Assembly (NCBI GenBank): GCA_044344255.1
Contig: JBIJDH010000013.1
Span: forward strand, 158,422 to 222,421
Source: Myxococcota bacterium
GTDB taxonomy: Bacteria; Myxococcota_A; UBA796; UBA2385
Direction of reading: 5' to 3'
Length of the DNA stretch: 64,000 nt
Position numbers and translations under genes: made by a program. The stretch's first letter is position 1, and every line of letters begins with the position of its first letter. The notes below the pieces were generated by a model. The model made no database searches and had not been told where the DNA came from. It was given only the letters and a program-made list of their open reading frames with translations. Shown here one piece after another: positions 58,180 through 64,000 of the stretch.

Positions 58180-58658
58180 GGGTGCTCCTGCTCTTCGACC
58201 ACCGACCAGTAGGAGAAGATGCCCATCTTCTCGTAGAAGTCCACAAAGTCCCGACAGAAGCCGATGGGGCTCTCGCGCCAGGCGCTGAGCTGTTGACGGC
58301 GCTCCTCTTCGCTCAGGCTGTGGAAGGGCCGCCCGCCCGTCACGAGGCCGTACGCGTCAAAGACGTGGGTGAAGAGGACCATCCCGGCGCCGAGGTGCGG
58401 CGGCATGCTGCGCACCTTGTTGCGCATCACCTCGACGGCTGGGCCGATCGCGGCGGGATCGATCTCGGCGGCCCCGCCCACTTCGGCCGCGACGACACAG
58501 CCCACGATCTCGCCGATCACAGGGTCAGCGCCGCGCTGGAGCGTCGAGACCAGGGCCTCGACGGGCCGTGTCAAGAGGCCAGCCACCCGAGCTTGTACGC
58601 GGGTCTCCAGCCGGGTCAGCACACGACCGGGTAGACGGGCGAGCGCGTCGTTGCTCAT
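58176..58658 (-). CDS. Small helical GMC partner protein (gluconate 2-dehydrogenase subunit 3-like)
   Basis: RPFHSLSEEERRQQLSAW...YW; ATGA-coupled to the GMC gene. Confidence 0.6.
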   Translation of the reverse strand: MSNDALARLPGRVLTRLETRVQARVAGLLTRPVEALVSTLQRGADPVIGEIVGCVVAAEVGGAAEIDPAAIGPAVEVMRNKVRSMPPHLGAGMVLFTHVFDAYGLVTGGRPFHSLSEEERRQQLSAWRESPIGFCRDFVDFYEKMGIFSYWSVVEEQEHP

Positions 58659-58736
58659 CAGAGGCCTCTCCTCTCCGCGCGAGCGGAGGCGCAGCTCAGC
58701 GGAGCAGCGCGCCCCGCCAGCGCGGCTGCGCCTAAC

Positions 58737-59372
58737 TCAACCCGCGCCCTCCGCCGCCCAGGCGCAGATCGGGCAGCGCGCCGGATCGTGCCCGCGCGCG
58801 GGGCAATGTTCGCGTCCAAAGAAGATGATTTGAAGGTGCAGCTTGTTCCAGGCCCCCCGGGGGAAGAGGGCCTTGAGGTCAGCCTCGGTGGTCTCCACCC
58901 GCCGCCCCGAGGACAGGCCCCAGCGGGCGGCGAGGCGGTGGATGTGCGTGTCGACCGGGAAGGCCGGCACGCCAAAGGCCTGCGCCATCACGACGCTCGC
59001 CGTCTTGTGGCCGACCCCGGGCAGCGCCTCGAGGGCCTCGAAGCTCGCCGGGACCTCGCCGCCGTGCTGCTCCACGAGGCGCCGGGACAGGGCGACGAGG
59101 TGCCGGGCCTTCGTGGGCGCGAGGCCGAGGACCCGGATGGTGTCGAGGACCTCTTCGGGCTCGAGGGCCGCCATGGCGGCGGCGCTCCCGGCGCGGGCGA
59201 AGAGGGCGGGCGTCACCTCGTTCACCTTCTTGTCGGTGGTCTGCGCGCTCAGGGCCACGGCGACGAGGAGGGTGAAGGGGTCGCGGTGGTCGAGGGGCAC
59301 CGGCGTGTCTGGGTAGAGAGCATCGAGCGTGGCCTGGATCCGCAGGGCCTTGTCTCGGAGCGAGTCTCCCAC
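58737..59372 (-). CDS. nth: Endonuclease III
   Basis: LLVAVALSAQTTD, HhH LPGVGHKTA, FPVDTHIHR, FGREHC; GTG 59372. Confidence 0.93.
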   Translation of the reverse strand: MGDSLRDKALRIQATLDALYPDTPVPLDHRDPFTLLVAVALSAQTTDKKVNEVTPALFARAGSAAAMAALEPEEVLDTIRVLGLAPTKARHLVALSRRLVEQHGGEVPASFEALEALPGVGHKTASVVMAQAFGVPAFPVDTHIHRLAARWGLSSGRRVETTEADLKALFPRGAWNKLHLQIIFFGREHCPARGHDPARCPICAWAAEGAG

Positions 59373-59389
59373 GACCGGTGGCCCCCCCC

Positions 59390-59776
59390 TCAATTGAGCG
59401 CGTAGGGCTCTGTGAGCGTGAAGGGCGCGACCGCCGCCTCGAAGCGGGTGCCGTCCTGGCGCACCATCTGGAAGCTGCCGTGCATGGTGCCCATCGCGGT
59501 GTCGAGCGGGCAGCCCGAGGTGTAGGTGAAGCGCTCTCCCGGCTTGATCACCGGCTGGGCGCCCACCACGCCGGGGCCGCGGACGTGCTCCTGGTCTCCG
59601 TGGGCGTTGGTGATGATCCAATGCCGCGACAGCAGCTGGACGCTTCGATCGCCGAGGTTGGTGATCGTGACCGTATAGGCGTGCACCCACAGCCCCTGCT
59701 CGGGGCTCGACTGCTCCGCGAGGTGCTCGGTCTCGACCTCGACCTGAACGTTATCTGTGATGGCCTTGCTTCCCAT
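59390..59776 (-). CDS. apaG: ApaG protein
   Basis: AYTVTITN, QLLSRHWII, VRGPGVVGAQP, YTSG, GTMHGSFQM; GGAGG before ATG 59776. Confidence 0.95.
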   Translation of the reverse strand: MGSKAITDNVQVEVETEHLAEQSSPEQGLWVHAYTVTITNLGDRSVQLLSRHWIITNAHGDQEHVRGPGVVGAQPVIKPGERFTYTSGCPLDTAMGTMHGSFQMVRQDGTRFEAAVAPFTLTEPYALN

Positions 59777-59883
59777 TCCTCCGCTGTAGCCGAGCGGTCG
59801 TCGAATGCAAGTCGTCGAACGCACGGCGCCGACCGCCGCGCCGCTCGCCGTGCGCCCCCCGCCGCCTGCGCTAAGCTGACGCG

Positions 59884-60864
59884 ATGATCATCCTCCAGCA
59901 CCGGGGCGGCTTCGTCGAGACCACCCACCCAGCCCACGCCGTCGCCGTCCGCATGGACGGTGCCTTCCCCCGCACGCTCTTCGAGGACGGAGCCCCCGTC
60001 CGCTCGCCGTGGCGCAGCGCGGGCAAGCCCTTCCAGCTCCTCACCAGCCTCCAGGCCATGCCCGACGGCGACGCCTCCTTTCGGGACGAGGAGCTGGCCA
60101 TCGGCGCGTCCAGCCACTCGGGGCAGCCGCTCCACACCGACCATGTCCTGGCGCTGCTCCGCCGCTTCGGCTTCGACGCCCACCACCTCCGCTGTGGCGC
60201 CGAGCCTCCCGCGCACGGCCCCACTCACGAGGCCCTGCTGGCCGCCGGCCTCCGCCCGAGTGACCTCCACAACGACTGCTCGGGCAAGCACGCCTTCATG
60301 CTCGGCGCGGTCGCGGCCAACGGGTGGGCCCTCGACTACCGCCCGACCGCCCACCCGCTCCAAGCGCGGAACATCGCCGCCGTCGAGGCCCTCGCCGCCG
60401 AGGCGCCGGGGATCGCCGTGGACGGCTGCGGCGTGCCCACCTTCGTGCTCAGCCTCAGCGGGATGGCTCGCGCCTGGGCCGCCCTGGCCTTCGCGATGGC
60501 CGAGCCCGAGCGAGACCCGCTGCTCTCCCGCATCGGCCACGCGATGGCCCGCCACCCCCTGCTCACGAGCGGAGAGGGCCGCATCGACCTCGCCATCGCC
60601 GAGCGCGCCACCGAGCCCTTCGTCGGCAAGATCGGCGCCCAGGGGGTCTTCTGCGTGGCCCTCCCCGCGCGGCGCTTGGGCGTCGCCATCAAGGTGACGA
60701 GCGGAGATGACGCGGCCCTGGCCGTCGCGGTCCCCGCGCTGCTCGATCGCATCGCCCCTGGCGCGCTCCGCCCCGACGCCGGCGCCTGGCCCTGGGCCGA
60801 CGTCCGCAACGTCGTAGGGGCGGTCGTGGGTCAGAGGCTGGTCGCCGACACGTCCCGTGCCTAA
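59884..60864 (+). CDS. L-asparaginase II (class 3, Rhizobium etli type) family protein
   Basis: RSAGKPFQ, SSHSG, HNDCSGKH, DGCGVP, GKIGAQG, AIKV.SG. Confidence 0.88.
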   Translation: MIILQHRGGFVETTHPAHAVAVRMDGAFPRTLFEDGAPVRSPWRSAGKPFQLLTSLQAMPDGDASFRDEELAIGASSHSGQPLHTDHVLALLRRFGFDAHHLRCGAEPPAHGPTHEALLAAGLRPSDLHNDCSGKHAFMLGAVAANGWALDYRPTAHPLQARNIAAVEALAAEAPGIAVDGCGVPTFVLSLSGMARAWAALAFAMAEPERDPLLSRIGHAMARHPLLTSGEGRIDLAIAERATEPFVGKIGAQGVFCVALPARRLGVAIKVTSGDDAALAVAVPALLDRIAPGALRPDAGAWPWADVRNVVGAVVGQRLVADTSRA

Positions 60865-60966
60865 CATCGAGCCAACGCGCCACGCGACGCGACCCTGCCC
60901 TCACCTCTTCCCGCCTCCCCTTCACCGCCGCCGCGCCGACCCTTCAGTCCCGGCCACTGGAATCGA

Positions 60967-61353
60967 ATGTCACGCCCGAATGAGCCCCGCTGCGCGGGAG
61001 AGAAGGACAAGGACAAAGGGAATGACAAGGGCAAGGGCGGTGGCCCGCCCCAGGAGCGCCAGGACCGCGAGTCCGGCACCTCGGTCCTCGACCGCACCCG
61101 CCCGCCGAAGCGCTACCGGGTGGTGATGCACAATGACGACTACACGCCGATGGAGTTCGTCGTGATGGTGCTCGAGTCGATCTTCCGTCGCTCCAAGGCT
61201 GAGGCGACGCGGGTGATGCTCACGATCCACACCGAGGGGGCTGGCACCGCCGGGGTGTACTCCCGGGAGGTGGCCGAGACCAAGGCCGCCGAGACCATCC
61301 GCCTCGCCCGGGAGGGGGGCTACCCCCTGCTCGTGACCACTGAGCCCGAGTGA
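60967..61353 (+). CDS. clpS: ATP-dependent Clp protease adaptor ClpS
   Basis: YRVVMHNDDYTPMEFVV, MLTIHTEG, EVAETK, YPL. Confidence 0.96.
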   Translation: MSRPNEPRCAGEKDKDKGNDKGKGGGPPQERQDRESGTSVLDRTRPPKRYRVVMHNDDYTPMEFVVMVLESIFRRSKAEATRVMLTIHTEGAGTAGVYSREVAETKAAETIRLAREGGYPLLVTTEPE

Positions 61354-61429
61354 GCCCCCCCTCGACCGCTCCGAACTCGCTCTCGAACCGCACCCCGAAT
61401 CCGTCGCTCTACGCGACGAAGGAATCCCC

Positions 61430-63751
<2,322 letters not shown>

Positions 63752-63758
63752 GGCGGGG

Positions 63759-63797
63759 GCCGCGGGGGGGGGGGGCGCCCCCCCCCCCCCCCGCGGC
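63759..63797. repeat. Homopolymer inverted repeat GCCGC-G12-CG-C15-GCGGC
   Basis: Directly visible 7 bp after the clpA stop. Confidence 0.85.
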
Positions 63798-64000
63798 GAT
63801 CCCGGCCAACCAGGCCTGCAGAGCTTCCAACGCCTCAGGGCGCAGGCGGTAGTACACCCAGCGCCCCTGCTCGCGGGCCTCGATCAGCTGCGCCTCGCGC
63901 ATCACCCGCAGATGGAACGACAGGCGGGACTGGGCCAGACCCAGCTGCTCCGTGAGTTCGCAGACGCAGAGCTCGCCAGCGGACAGGGCCTGCACCACCT
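63798..64000 (-). CDS. ArsR/SmtB-family repressor, partial (start outside the window, no native stop before the homopolymer)
   Basis: GELCVCEL, QSRLSFHLRVM, GRWVYYRL. Confidence 0.8.

Overview
Gene-dense, high-GC bacterial chromosomal window, probably from a myxobacterium-like organism (Myxococcota). This is inferred from a MYXO-CTERM-type tail, a RomR-like regulator, a giant TPR protein, tandem FHA proteins and acidic-linker lipoproteins. Left to right: part of a Tad/Cpa pilus locus (cpaF, cpaE, cpaB, tadG, two tadE), 2-hydroxyacid dehydrogenase, sulfatase-like protein, acyl-CoA dehydrogenase, NamZ, LamG lipoprotein, DUF362, deoxyhypusine synthase-like protein, NlpC/P60 protein, orphan NorQ/NorD-like pair, nadC, HMA protein, RomR-like protein, tRNA-Leu, an alr-TPR-desulfurase-mnmA-rnc run, UDP-GlcA decarboxylase, an outer-membrane barrel, PPi-type PFK, a divergent Ald-like protein with a CoA transferase, tRNA-Thr, a trans-sulfuration enzyme, a surface-protein cluster behind two double-FHA genes, an acyl-CoA carboxylase pair, GHL10/GMC, nth, apaG, class-3 asparaginase and clpS-clpA. 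A poly-G/poly-C junction then leads into an ArsR fragment and may be an assembly chimera. I saw no integrase, transposase, CRISPR array or rRNA. The best leads for new biology are the FHA/surface-hydrolase cluster, the Ald-like protein with an altered active site coupled to a CoA transferase, the orphan NorQ/D pair, a probable CTG start, and recurrent 10/15/20-bp tandem duplications at gene boundaries. All calls come from motif recognition by eye; no searches were run.
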